Shown: positions 48,429-61,401 of the stretch, one piece after another
How positions within the stretch are numbered: the first letter of the stretch is position 1
Layout: the number at the start of each line of letters is the position of its first letter
Assembly: GCA_965261685.1 (NCBI GenBank)
Contig: CBDHDI010000027.1
Coordinates: forward strand, 344,808-408,807
Direction: 5' to 3'
DNA length: 64,000 nt
Source: Dehalococcoidia bacterium
GTDB taxonomy: Bacteria; Chloroflexota; Dehalococcoidia; UBA2979
Program-made: the position numbers and the translations under genes
The notes under the pieces: model-generated
The model's input: only the letters and a program-made list of their open reading frames with translations
What the model was told of the DNA's origin: nothing
Databases searched by the model: none

Positions 48429-49325
48429 TCAGAGCAGGATGCGCTTCGGGGCGTCACCGGGGCGGCGGCGGAAGTTGACGATCAGGTGCCGGCGCCGCTC
48501 CTCGGCGTCCGTGTACTCCTCGAGGCGGCAGCGATCGCCGCCGGCGAGCAGCTGCTCGTTGGCGCGGACGTGCGCGACCGCCTCGTCGCGCAACTCCTGC
48601 GCTGCGGGGAAGTGCTCGCGCGCGTGCAGCGCGAGGTGCAGCTGGCTGGCGTCGATCTGCAGCAGCCAGCCGAGCAGCAGCTGCGCCCAGCCGAGGTGGA
48701 ACGCCTCGTCGGCGAAGACGAGCGGATAGCGGCGCTGGCCGGCGTCCCCGGCCGTGAACAGCGCCGTCGGCCCGAAGTTGGGACGCCCGAGGTCGCCCGC
48801 GGCGCGATAGATCGGGCGCAGCGCGGCGTCGCGGGCGATCGCCTCGCCGCCGAAGAAGTGGCCGAGGCCAACGTGCTCGGCGCGCGCCGCCTCGTCGCGC
48901 TCGTAGGCCGCGACGGCCCAGTGAGCGAAGGCGTCGGGCTCCTCGTGCAGCGCCGCCTGCGCGGCGACGTGCTCGATCGCCTGGCGGATCAGCGGGGCGG
49001 CGCTCTGGTAGGCGCCGCGGCGCACGAGGGCGACGGCGTCCGAGGCGCTGAGCAGCGCGCGGCTCCAGAGGCTGGCGAGCGCGGCCATCCGCATCGTGCG
49101 CGCCGAGGGCGTGTAGCCGCTGGCGGCGATCCGCACCTGCACGTCGAGCCCGGCCTCGAGGCGCTGCAGCTCCTCGCCGAGCAGGAAGCCGCTTTGCCGC
49201 CAGGCGTCGGCGGCCGCGGTCGAGAGCCCGTCGGGCTTGCCGGGCAGCGTCCAGCCCTCGGGCACGCGCATCCCGGACACACGCTGCGGCGGGTCGAGGG
49301 CGGGCAGGCCGCCGTTGCTGGTCAT
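48429..49325 (-). CDS. hypothetical protein (298 aa, helical)
   Basis: ORF with coding-like composition; start set at internal ATG 49325; no motif recognised. Confidence 0.4.
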   Translation of the reverse strand: MTSNGGLPALDPPQRVSGMRVPEGWTLPGKPDGLSTAAADAWRQSGFLLGEELQRLEAGLDVQVRIAASGYTPSARTMRMAALASLWSRALLSASDAVALVRRGAYQSAAPLIRQAIEHVAAQAALHEEPDAFAHWAVAAYERDEAARAEHVGLGHFFGGEAIARDAALRPIYRAAGDLGRPNFGPTALFTAGDAGQRRYPLVFADEAFHLGWAQLLLGWLLQIDASQLHLALHAREHFPAAQELRDEAVAHVRANEQLLAGGDRCRLEEYTDAEERRRHLIVNFRRRPGDAPKRILL

Positions 49326-49434
49326 GCCGGCATTGTGGCGGATCGGCGGGGAACGGGGCAGGCTCGCGCCCTCCCGGTCGCCGCCGATGCTACGATCCGC
49401 CGTGCGACCGCTCTCACGCCGAACGGAGCTGCCG

Positions 49435-49821
49435 ATGACGACCGCAGCGGCCGATGCCACCCGCGTCTTCGCCGACGCCCGCCGGATGCAAGAGTCCGCC
49501 CTGCGGCGGATGGCGGCCGGTGACATCCGCGACGCGGCGGAAAAGGCGTGATGCGCAGCCAAACGCGCCACCGACGCGCTGATCCTCGCCCGTACCGGCG
49601 AGGAGCCCCGGCGCTCCACGGACACAGGCAGCGGACTGCGCGCACTTGAGCGGGTCGAGCCGGACGCCGGTTCCCTGCGCGCTCGCTACTACGAGCGGCA
49701 GGGCGCCCTCCACGGCGAGTGCTTCTACATCGGCCTGTGTGAGCCCGTCGAGGGTATCGAACGCCTGATCCGCGAGACCGCCGACTATATCGAGGACGCC
49801 CGGCGGCTCGCCGAGGTGTGA
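49435..49821 (+). pseudogene. HEPN-domain gene with an in-frame TGA (49549-49551) at the conserved AEKA[W] position
   Basis: Continuous frame either side of the TGA gives a HEPN pattern (DIRDAAEKA*CAAKRATDALILARTGEE...); TGA is one substitution from TGG. Confidence 0.5.
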
Positions 49822-49843
49822 ACGAGGCCGTGCCGGGGCGCCG

Positions 49844-52970
<3,127 letters not shown>

Positions 52971-52992
52971 GGGGCGGCGATCCTGCGGCGCG

Positions 52993-54876
52993 CTACAGGG
53001 AGCGCTTGACCGTCTCGGCCAGACGGCTGCTGAGGCCCTCGGTGGCGGCGATCTCCTCGATCGAGGCGGCACGCAGCGCCTTCACCGAGCCGAACTTGCG
53101 CAGCAGCGCGCGCTTGCGCTTCGGCCCGATGCCCGGCACGGCGTCGAGGGCGGACTGGCGCACGCGCTTGCCGCGGACGGTGCGGTGGTAGGTGACGGCG
53201 AAGCGGTGCGCCTCGTCGCGGACGCGCTGCAGCAGGTAGAGCGCCTGCGAGCTGCGCGGCAGCCGCACCGGTTCGGCGAGGTCGGCGACGTAGATCTCCT
53301 CCTCGCGCTTGGCCAGCCCGCAGGCCGGCACGTCGCCGAGCCCGAAGTCGCGCAGCACGTCGAGCGCCGCGCCGAGCTGCCCCCGGCCGCCGTCGATGAC
53401 CACGAGGCCGGGCAGCGTGTCCCACGGCGCGTCCGGCGCCTCGGAGGCGTCCGGCTCCTGCTCGCCACCCTGCTCGACCTCCGGGGTGCGGTGCTCGGCG
53501 AGGCGCTTGAAGCGGCGGGTCAGCACCTCGCGCATCGAGGCGAAGTCGTCCTGGCCCTCGACGGTGCGGATGCGGAAGCGGCGGTACTGATCGCTGCGCG
53601 GGCGGCCGTCCTCGAACACCACCATCGAGGCCACCGTGTCGCTGCCCTGGATCGTCGAGATGTCGTAGCACTCGATGCGGCGCGGGCGCTCCGGCAGGTC
53701 GAGCTCATCCTGCAGCATGGAGAGCGCCGACTCGGTCTTGTCGCGGTCGGCGAGCCAGCGCACGCGGTGCATCGCGAGCGCCTCGCGCGCGTTCTCCTCG
53801 GCGGTCGCGACGAGGGCGCGCAGCTCGCCGCGTTCGGGGACGGCGATCTCGACCGCGCCGCCGCGCTTCGAGCGCAGCGCCTCGCGCAGCTGCTCGCGGT
53901 CGGCCGGTGCGTGCGAGAGCAGGACGCTCCGCGGCACGTAGGTCGCCGACTCGAAGAACTGCGCGAGGAACGCGCCCAGCACCTCGCCGTCGCTGGCGTC
54001 GGGCGCCTCGCGCGCGCCGTCGAGCATGAACGAGTCGGTGTCGGCGACGACGGTGCCGCGCACGAAGAAGACCTGCACGCAGGCCTCGTCGTCGCTGCGC
54101 GCGAGGGCGAAGACATCGGCGTCGAGGGCGGTGGTGGTCGCCATGCGCTGGCGCTCGGTGACGCGGCGGATCGCCTCGGCCTGGTCGCGCAGGTGTGCGG
54201 CGCGCTCGAACTCGAGCCCCGCGGAGGCCTCGCCCATCTCCCGCTCGACGTGTCGCAGCACGTCGTTGCTGCGGCCTTCGAGGAAGAGCAGCGTCTGGTC
54301 GATCACTGCGCGGTATTCCTCGGGCGTGCAGTAGGCGGTGCAAGGGGCGATGCAGCGCTTGATGTAGTAGTCGAGGCAGGGGCGGGGGTCGGTGCCGGTG
54401 ATCGTCTTCGTGCAGGAGCGCCAGGGGAAGAGCTTCTTGACGACATCGAGCGTGCGGCGCACCGAGCCCGCCGAGGCGTAGGGCCCGAAGTAGCGCGCGC
54501 CGTCCTGCTCGACGCGGCGGGTGATGGTGACGCGCGGCCACTCGTGCTGCACGTCGACCTTGAGGTAGGGGTAGTGCTTGTCGTCCTTGAGCCGGACGTT
54601 GTAGGTGGGCTGGTGGCGTTTGACGAGCGTCGCCTCCAGCAGCAGCGCGTCGGCCTCGGAGGCGGTCACGACGTGGTCGAGGGTGACGATCTGATCGACG
54701 AGCGCGTGGATGCGGCGCTCCATGCTGCGGCCGGACCCGAAGTAGGAGCGCACGCGCGAGCGCAGCCGGCGCGCCTTGCCGATGTAGAGCACTTGCCCGC
54801 GGGCGTCCTTCATCAGATAGACGCCGGGACGCTCCGGCAGCGCCCTCGCCTGTTCGAGGACGGCAGATTCGGTCAC
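52993..54876 (-). CDS. uvrC: excinuclease ABC subunit C
   Basis: GIY-YIG N-terminus (GVYLMKDARGQVLYIGKA), UvrBC domain, RNase H-like and HhH C-terminus. Confidence 0.95.
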   Translation of the reverse strand: MTESAVLEQARALPERPGVYLMKDARGQVLYIGKARRLRSRVRSYFGSGRSMERRIHALVDQIVTLDHVVTASEADALLLEATLVKRHQPTYNVRLKDDKHYPYLKVDVQHEWPRVTITRRVEQDGARYFGPYASAGSVRRTLDVVKKLFPWRSCTKTITGTDPRPCLDYYIKRCIAPCTAYCTPEEYRAVIDQTLLFLEGRSNDVLRHVEREMGEASAGLEFERAAHLRDQAEAIRRVTERQRMATTTALDADVFALARSDDEACVQVFFVRGTVVADTDSFMLDGAREAPDASDGEVLGAFLAQFFESATYVPRSVLLSHAPADREQLREALRSKRGGAVEIAVPERGELRALVATAEENAREALAMHRVRWLADRDKTESALSMLQDELDLPERPRRIECYDISTIQGSDTVASMVVFEDGRPRSDQYRRFRIRTVEGQDDFASMREVLTRRFKRLAEHRTPEVEQGGEQEPDASEAPDAPWDTLPGLVVIDGGRGQLGAALDVLRDFGLGDVPACGLAKREEEIYVADLAEPVRLPRSSQALYLLQRVRDEAHRFAVTYHRTVRGKRVRQSALDAVPGIGPKRKRALLRKFGSVKALRAASIEEIAATEGLSSRLAETVKRSL

Positions 54877-55031
54877 GCATCCAGTGTAGCGCCGCGTGCC
54901 GCGCGCCGCGGAAGCGGTTCGGGCGGCGGCGTGCTTCGGGCGCGCGCCACCCGGACTCGGGCTTGCCAGCCTCGTGCGGCATATCTACAGTCGTGTTGAG
55001 TGGCTCACGGGCCAACGAGGAGGGTGACGTT

Positions 55032-55463
55032 GTGAGATTCGCTGTAAGCGTGCTGGTCGGTCTTGTCTGCGTCCTCGCGGTGAGCTGTGGGCAGGGTTCC
55101 GCATTCTCGCTGGAAGTTGGAGACTGCCTCGACGAGCCGCGGGGCGGTGAGTTCTCGGATGTCGACAAGGTTTCGTGTGACGAGCCGCACGAGCTGGAGG
55201 TCTTTGCACTCGTTGACTACCCGGGCGGGAACGATGCCTCCTTCCCTGGGACGGGTCGTATCGAGCAAGCGGCCCTGGATCTCTGCTTTGCGTTCTTCGA
55301 GGACTACGTGGATCGGCCCTATCCGGAGTCCCTTCTGGACATCGCCACGTTCAACCCAACCCGGGAATCCTGGGACGACATCGACGATCGCGAGATCGTT
55401 TGCCTGTTGTACGACCTGGAGTCTCAATACATGGACGAGAGCATGAAGGACAGTGGCCGCTAG
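55032..55463 (+). CDS. septum-formation-family lipoprotein
   Basis: Signal peptide plus lipobox (LAVSCG), Cys pattern GDCLDEP...VSCDEPHELEVFALVDYPG...EIVCLLYD; GTG start with AGGAGGG RBS. Confidence 0.55.
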   Translation: MRFAVSVLVGLVCVLAVSCGQGSAFSLEVGDCLDEPRGGEFSDVDKVSCDEPHELEVFALVDYPGGNDASFPGTGRIEQAALDLCFAFFEDYVDRPYPESLLDIATFNPTRESWDDIDDREIVCLLYDLESQYMDESMKDSGR

Positions 55464-55652
55464 CCTCCCCCCAGCGAACTCGGGAGCACTCGCGCACGAG
55501 CTTGAGGCATCCAGGATCCAGTAGGCGCCAGGCGCGCCCCGCGTCCCGTCCGCCTTGAGGCGCGCGTACTCCTCTTGCTGAAGCCGGGGAGGCCGCAGAG
55601 CCCTGCGTGGTATCCTCCAGCGAGGTCACGCGACATCGCCGGGGGCGTGGGG

Positions 55653-55889
55653 ATGCCGAAGCAGTACAGGTTGCCGTACACCCTCAGAGCGCCATCCGAG
55701 GAGACAGAGGACATGTACCTCGCGGAAGTTCCCGTGCTCCCGGGCTGCCGGGCGTGGGGGGCGACCGCCGAGGAGGCCCTGTTCAACCTCGAGGGTGTGG
55801 CGGCAGACTTCATCGCATCCTGCAAGCGCCACGGCGATGAGCTTCCCGCCGCCATCGCGGCTGCCGGGGAGTTCATCGTCGCCGTGTGA
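55653..55889 (+). CDS. hicB: HicB-family antitoxin
   Basis: YLAEVPVLPGCRAWGATAEEALFNLEGVAADFI pattern; ATG at 55653 (ORF opens 55575). Confidence 0.65.
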   Translation: MPKQYRLPYTLRAPSEETEDMYLAEVPVLPGCRAWGATAEEALFNLEGVAADFIASCKRHGDELPAAIAAAGEFIVAV

Positions 55890-56095
55890 GGTACCGCGAA
55901 CTCACTCGCAAGTTGAGGGCGCTCGGCTGCGAATTCGACCGCCAGTCACGGGGCTCTCACGAGATCTGGCGCAATCCCGCCAACGGCGCGCGGACCACGA
56001 TCCCGAATTGGGGCGGCAGCGATCTCCGAACCGGGGCGATCCGCGCGATCGTGCGAGACCTTCGTGTGGACGCGAGCGCCTTCGACCGGGCCTGA
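55886..56095 (+). CDS. hicA: HicA-family toxin
   Basis: YcfA/HicA pattern (…FDRQSRGSHEIWRNP…TTIPNWGGSDLRTGAIRAIVRDL); 4-bp overlap with hicB. Confidence 0.7.
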   Translation: MRYRELTRKLRALGCEFDRQSRGSHEIWRNPANGARTTIPNWGGSDLRTGAIRAIVRDLRVDASAFDRA

Positions 56096-56201
56096 TGCGC
56101 CCGGCGTGCCGTACATGTCGCACGATCGGGGAGCCTGCGAGGTGGCGCGAGCGCTCGGCATCGAGGTGCTGACCGCCCTGCAGGACGACTGAGCACGCCC
56201 G

Positions 56202-57545
56202 CTACGTCGCGTCCTCCGTGTAGACGGTGCCGATGATCCCGTCCGCCTCGAGGCTGCGGTACTCCGCCTCGCTGAGGCCGATCAGGTCGCAGAGCAGCTC
56301 GTGGTTGTGCTGGCCGAGGGTGGGGGCGGGGCCGCGCACCGGGCTCAGCGGCTGCTCGGAGAAGCGGGCGAGCGGGCCGGGGTAGAGGTGCGTGCCCGCC
56401 TCGGGATGCTCGATGCGCTCGAAGAAGCCGCGCGCCTGCAGGTGCGGGTCGCCGTGCATCAGCGTCTGGCGGTTCACCATCGTCGCGGGCACGCCCGCGG
56501 CCTGGAGCAGCAGCATCAGCTCGCGGCCCGTGCGCTGCCGCGTCCATGCTGCGATTCGCGGCTCCAGTTCTTCCTGGTTCCGGTAGCGCGCGACCACGTC
56601 GGCGTAGCGCTCGTCCGCGGCCAGCGCCGGCTCGCCCATCGCCTCGCAGAGCGCGACCCAGGCGCGGTCGTCCGGCACGGCGAGGGCGACGTAGGGCGGC
56701 AGGTCGTGCTCCACGCCGGACTCCTCGGCGGCGGGGAAGACGCCGTACGGGGCCATCGAGGGGTGATGGTTGCCCCAGTGCGGCTGCAGCCGCCCGTTCA
56801 GCTGGTGGTCCATCCAGGCGTGCGCGACGTGGTGCATCACCACTTCCGACTGCGCCATCTCGATCAGCCGCCCCTCGCCGCTGCGCTCGCGCTGGTAGAG
56901 CGCGGCCTGCAGCGCGAACGCCATGTGTGCGCCGGCGTTCGGATCGGCGTGGTAGGTGGGCGGCGTCTGCGAGGGGTCGGAGTCGCGGTAGCCGCGGATC
57001 GCGGTGTGGCCGGCCAGCGCCTCCATCGCCGCCCCGAAGCCCTTGAAGTCGCGGTAGGGGCCGCTCAGGCCGAAGCCCGGGAAGCGGATCATGATCAGCT
57101 GCGGATTGACTTCGGACAGCGTCGGCCAGTCGATGCCGAGGTGCCCGGCGACGGCCTCCGCGTTGTTCTCGACGAAGGCGTCCGAGTGGCGCACGAGCTC
57201 CAGGAACAGCTCGTGCCCACGCTCGCTGTGCAGATCGAGCGTGACACTCTTGTGGGCGCGCTTCGCGTAGTTGAAGAAGGTGTAGCGGTTCCAGAAGCCC
57301 TCGCTCGTGTCGCGGTTCACGAGGCCCGCCCCGGTCGTGCCCTCGCGCTGCCGCGGCGAGATGTGCCGGTAGAAGGCTCGCGTCGGGTTGAGGTGCTGGA
57401 TCGACTCGATCTCGATCACTTCCGCCCCGAGGTCCGCGAGGATCATCGAGCCGAACGGGCCCGCCCAGACGATCGCCTGCGCGAGCACGCGCACGCCTTC
57501 CAGGGGCAGCCCCGCGGACGGCTGGCCCGCGGCCTGCGAGGCCAT
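56202..57545 (-). CDS. CoA-transferase family III (CaiB/BaiF) protein
   Basis: Family III pattern (…FGSMILADLGAEVIEIE…). Confidence 0.8.
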   Translation of the reverse strand: MASQAAGQPSAGLPLEGVRVLAQAIVWAGPFGSMILADLGAEVIEIESIQHLNPTRAFYRHISPRQREGTTGAGLVNRDTSEGFWNRYTFFNYAKRAHKSVTLDLHSERGHELFLELVRHSDAFVENNAEAVAGHLGIDWPTLSEVNPQLIMIRFPGFGLSGPYRDFKGFGAAMEALAGHTAIRGYRDSDPSQTPPTYHADPNAGAHMAFALQAALYQRERSGEGRLIEMAQSEVVMHHVAHAWMDHQLNGRLQPHWGNHHPSMAPYGVFPAAEESGVEHDLPPYVALAVPDDRAWVALCEAMGEPALAADERYADVVARYRNQEELEPRIAAWTRQRTGRELMLLLQAAGVPATMVNRQTLMHGDPHLQARGFFERIEHPEAGTHLYPGPLARFSEQPLSPVRGPAPTLGQHNHELLCDLIGLSEAEYRSLEADGIIGTVYTEDAT

Positions 57546-58801
57546 CAGACGACGTTCCGCTGGCGCAGCCGGACGACCTGCTCGCGCGTGTAGCCAAGCC
57601 GTTCGGTCAGCACCTCGACGGTGTGCTGGCCGAGCAGCGGCGCGGGACGCAGCGCGACGGGCGTCCCGTGCAGCGCGAAGGGCGGGCCGAAGTACTCGAG
57701 GCGTCCGGCTTCCGGGTGCTCGACGGTCCGGAAGTAGCCGCGTTCGCGCAGGTGAGGGTCGCTGTGGAGATCCTCCATCGTGTAGATCGCCGTCGCGCCT
57801 AGGCCGTATGCCTGGGCCTCGATCATCGCCTCGCGCTTCGTGCGCGAGAGCGCCCAGGGGAGGAAGAGCGCGTCGACCTGCGGGCCGATCGCGGGGTCGT
57901 CAAGGCGCTCGACATAATCGGGATCATCGATCAGGTCGGGCCGCCCCAGCAGGCGGCAAAGCCGGTCCCACCAGCGAATCGAGGCGTTGATGTGGAAGTA
58001 GCCGTCCTTGCACGGGTAGACCCCGGTCGGCAGCGCCTGGTTGCCGACCGAGGCAATCGGGTGCCCGAGCGCGCCCGTGTACTGCGCCGAGACGAGGTTC
58101 GTGCCTCCGCGATCCATCGAGCCCGCCAGCACCTCCATCAGCGAGATGTCCGCGCGCTCGCCGTGGCCCGTCCGCCGTCCCCCCGTGAACGCGCCGAAGG
58201 CGAACGCCGCCACCACGCCGCCCGCGAGGAAGAGCGGCGCATAGATGCCGAGCTTCACCGGCTCGCGCCCCTCCATCGCGGTGACCGAGAGCACGCCGCC
58301 CATCGCGTAGGCGAGCATGTCGTCCGCTGCGAAGTCGCGGTAGGGGCCGTCCTGCCCGAAGTTTGAGATGCGCACGAGCGAGAGCGCGGGGTTGGCCTCG
58401 CGCAACGCCGGGTCGCCGATGCCGAGCCGCTCGAGCGTGCCGGGCCGGAAGCTCTCGACGGCGAGATCGGCCTGCTCCGCGAGACGCAGCAGGATCGCCC
58501 GGCCGCTCCGTGTCTTGAGGTTGAGCGTGACGCTGCGCTTGCCGGTGTTCAGTTCCAGGAACATGCCGCTGCGCTCGCGGTGCGGCTCGTCGCCGGGGAA
58601 GGGGCCGAAGCGGCGTGAGACGTCGCCGCGGTCGGGGTGCTCGATCTTCGTGACCTCGGCCCCGTAGTCGGCGAACAGCTTCGTGCAGTAGGGCCCGGTG
58701 ATCCCCTGGCTGAGGTCGAGGATGCGGATGCCCTCGAGGGGTCCGGCGTCGGCGGGCGAGGCAGCGCTGGCTTCTGGGGACACGGGCGCCTCCGGGGACA
58801 C
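57545..58801 (-). CDS. CoA-transferase family III (CaiB/BaiF) protein, paralogue
   Basis: GIRILDLSQGITGPYCTKLFADYGAEV…; stop/start abut. Confidence 0.8.
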   Translation of the reverse strand: MSPEAPVSPEASAASPADAGPLEGIRILDLSQGITGPYCTKLFADYGAEVTKIEHPDRGDVSRRFGPFPGDEPHRERSGMFLELNTGKRSVTLNLKTRSGRAILLRLAEQADLAVESFRPGTLERLGIGDPALREANPALSLVRISNFGQDGPYRDFAADDMLAYAMGGVLSVTAMEGREPVKLGIYAPLFLAGGVVAAFAFGAFTGGRRTGHGERADISLMEVLAGSMDRGGTNLVSAQYTGALGHPIASVGNQALPTGVYPCKDGYFHINASIRWWDRLCRLLGRPDLIDDPDYVERLDDPAIGPQVDALFLPWALSRTKREAMIEAQAYGLGATAIYTMEDLHSDPHLRERGYFRTVEHPEAGRLEYFGPPFALHGTPVALRPAPLLGQHTVEVLTERLGYTREQVVRLRQRNVV

Positions 58802-58923
58802 AGGTGTTAGCGGTTCTAGCGGATCGCGCCGCGAACCTCAAAGCGGACGCTCGCCCGGACCGGACGTGCGGGCGGCCCGAACGCTTGTATCGTGGCGGCG
58901 AGGCGTGGCCTGGAGGAGCAGCG

Positions 58924-59787
58924 ATGTCCGATGCGAGCGGCCGCATTGTCGTGCTCAGCGGCGCCACCTCGGGGATCGGCAAGGCGGCCGCGCGGGCGCT
59001 GGCGGGGGCCGGCGCTCGGCTCACGCTCGTCGGCCGCAACGAGGAGCTGCTGCGCGAGCTGGCGTCCGGGCTCGGCTCGGCGACCGACTGGGTGGTCGCC
59101 GATCTCGTCAGCCTCGAACAGACGCGGCGCGCCGCCGAGGAGATCCGCGAGCGCCACGATCGCATCGACGTGCTGATCAACAACGCGGGCGGCATGTTCA
59201 GCCGTCGGCGCGAGAGTGCCGAGGGGCTGGAGCTGTCACTCGCACTCAATCACCTCTCGCCGTTCGTGCTGACCTCGGAGCTGCTGCCGCTGCTGTGCGC
59301 CTCTGCCGAGGCCAACCGCCAGTCCGGCGCGCGCATCGTCAACGTGGCCTCGGTTGCGCACGGCTCCGGGGTGCAGTGGGACGACATCGCCTTCGAGCGT
59401 GGGTACCGGATGATGCGCGCCTACGGCCAGGCCAAGGCACTGATGATCATGACCACGAACGAGCTGGCGAGGCGGCTCGCTGGCTCGGGAGTGACGGCCA
59501 ACAGCGTCCACCCGGGCGTCGTGCGCACCGGCATCATCCGCAAGTCCGGGAACCGCATCCTGGGCGTGCTGTTCGACCTGGTCGCCCCCCTCGTGCTCAT
59601 GTCGCCCGAGCGGGGTGCGTCGCACCTGCTGCGCCTCGCGACCTCGGACGAGGTCGCCGGCGTCAGCGGGACCTACTGGAGCAAGAGTCGCATCGAGGAG
59701 CCTGCCGGGGAGGCGGGCGACCGCGCCGCGCAGGAGCGCGCCTGGAGGCTGAGCGAGCAGCTTGCGGGGATGACCGCGGCGGACTGA
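58924..59787 (+). CDS. SDR-family oxidoreductase (distinct from the A-D array)
   Basis: SGATSGIGKA Rossmann motif, NNAG, YxxxK. Confidence 0.8.
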   Translation: MSDASGRIVVLSGATSGIGKAAARALAGAGARLTLVGRNEELLRELASGLGSATDWVVADLVSLEQTRRAAEEIRERHDRIDVLINNAGGMFSRRRESAEGLELSLALNHLSPFVLTSELLPLLCASAEANRQSGARIVNVASVAHGSGVQWDDIAFERGYRMMRAYGQAKALMIMTTNELARRLAGSGVTANSVHPGVVRTGIIRKSGNRILGVLFDLVAPLVLMSPERGASHLLRLATSDEVAGVSGTYWSKSRIEEPAGEAGDRAAQERAWRLSEQLAGMTAAD

Positions 59788-59814
59788 TCTCGCCGCGGTC
59801 TCGGGGGAGCCGGT

Positions 59815-61098
59815 CTACGCCTCGGAGACGGGCCGTATCTCGTGCAGCGGGGCGAGTGCGGCGATCACGGCGGCGAGGGCTGCGATGCAGCCGGCGTAGA
59901 CGACCACGCCGTGGAAGTCCCACTGCGAGTTGATAGCGCCGGCGACGACGGGCGAGATCGCGCCAACGATCGCGCCGCCGGTGAACAGCATCGCCACCGC
60001 CGAGCCCTCGCTGCCCCCGGCGACCGACTCCATCGCGGCGGCCATCATGATCGAGTTCACGGAGAACAGCACGATGCCGAGCAGCGCGAGGGTGAGCGTC
60101 AGCTCGATCCCGCTGTCCGCCCAGAGGAAGGCGAAGGTCAGCGCGGACATCGTGATCAGCCCGAAGAGGATCACCGGCCGCCGCCCGATGCGATCGGAGA
60201 CCGCGCCCATGAGCGGTCCGGCGAGGATCCCGAGCAGCGTGAGCAGCCCAAGGTGCGCGCCCACGACCACGTCGGAGTAGCCGAGGTCCTCGGCCATGTA
60301 GAGCACGAGGAAGACGGCGAAGGCGTTGTGCGCCATCCCGCGCAGCGCCGTGACGGAGACGAGCGCGATCACGGTCCGGTTGCGGAACAACGGTCGCGCC
60401 GAGCCGAGGTAGTCGCGCAGCCGCACGCGCGCCTGCGCCCCGGCGCCGGCGGACTTGAAGCGCAGCAGGATCACGACCCCGGTGACGACGGCCGGCCCCA
60501 CGTGCAGCAGCGCCACCGTGCGCCAGCCCAGCCCGGCCCACTCGAGGCCCGCAAAGCTGATCCCGCCGAGCAGCACGCCGATCAGGAACGGCGCCGAGGA
60601 GTCGCCGACCGATCCGCCGGAGCGGTGCGCGGCAATCGCGAACGCGCGCCGCTCCGGGTAGCGCACGGCCAGCTCCGTGAACGCGGGCGCGTGCCACATC
60701 GAGGTGCCGGCCCCGGCGATCGCGACGGCGAGGAGGATCAACCAGTAGTTGGAGGCGAGCCCGATCGCCGCGTAGCCGATGGCGAGGCAGGTCATGCTGC
60801 CGGCGAGCATGATCGCGATGCGGCTGCGGAACATGTCGGTGAGCACGCCGGCCGGGATGTTCATCGCGCCCATCGCCGCCGCGCGCGCGCCGATGATCCC
60901 CCCGGCGGCCACGTCGCTGAGCAGCAGCGTCTCCTTGATGTGGGGGAGCAGCAGCAGCAGCGTCTGCTGGTAGAAGTGCTTCACACCGTGGCCCGCGGAC
61001 AGCCCGACCATCAGCCGCATGCTTTCGTGTGACTGCGGCGTCACGTCGGGTCTCTCGGCGGGCGCGCGCGCATCGGGCGATCGCTCGGCGCTGGTCAT
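59815..61098 (-). CDS. MFS transporter
   Basis: 12-TM MFS pattern. Confidence 0.8.
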   Translation of the reverse strand: MTSAERSPDARAPAERPDVTPQSHESMRLMVGLSAGHGVKHFYQQTLLLLLPHIKETLLLSDVAAGGIIGARAAAMGAMNIPAGVLTDMFRSRIAIMLAGSMTCLAIGYAAIGLASNYWLILLAVAIAGAGTSMWHAPAFTELAVRYPERRAFAIAAHRSGGSVGDSSAPFLIGVLLGGISFAGLEWAGLGWRTVALLHVGPAVVTGVVILLRFKSAGAGAQARVRLRDYLGSARPLFRNRTVIALVSVTALRGMAHNAFAVFLVLYMAEDLGYSDVVVGAHLGLLTLLGILAGPLMGAVSDRIGRRPVILFGLITMSALTFAFLWADSGIELTLTLALLGIVLFSVNSIMMAAAMESVAGGSEGSAVAMLFTGGAIVGAISPVVAGAINSQWDFHGVVVYAGCIAALAAVIAALAPLHEIRPVSEA

Positions 61099-61206
61099 GG
61101 CGCAAGGGTAACGCCAGCGCCGGGCAGACGCCTCAGAGGCGGCGGAGCAGCCCTCGAGGCACCGCGGAGCGGGTCAGGCGAAGGCGGGGCGATTGGCTGG
61201 GAGTGA

Positions 61207-61282
61207 TGGCGCGCCCGGAAGGATTCGAACCTTCGGCCTCAGCCTCCGCAGGGCTGCGCTCTATCCCCTGAGCTACGGGCGC
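61207..61282 (-). tRNA. tRNA-Arg; anticodon reads GCG in my manual fold (unusual, verify)
   Basis: Acceptor GCGCCCG/CGGGCGC, U8, anticodon stem CAGCC/GGCUG, loop CUGCGGA, T-loop TTCGAAT, CCA encoded. Confidence 0.7.
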
Positions 61283-61313
61283 GTGTCGGTAAGTATGCGG
61301 GATATCCGGGTTA

Positions 61314-61401
61314 TGGTGCCGAAGGTGAGATTTGAACTCACACGGGGTTTAACCCCACTGCGCCCTGAACGCAGCGCGTCTGCCGTTCCGCCACTTCGGC
61401 A
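61314..61401 (-). tRNA. tRNA-Leu (anticodon CAG), long variable arm, CCA encoded
   Basis: Acceptor GCCGAAG, anticodon loop UUCAGGG, variable arm GUGGGGUUAAACCCCGUG. Confidence 0.85.
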
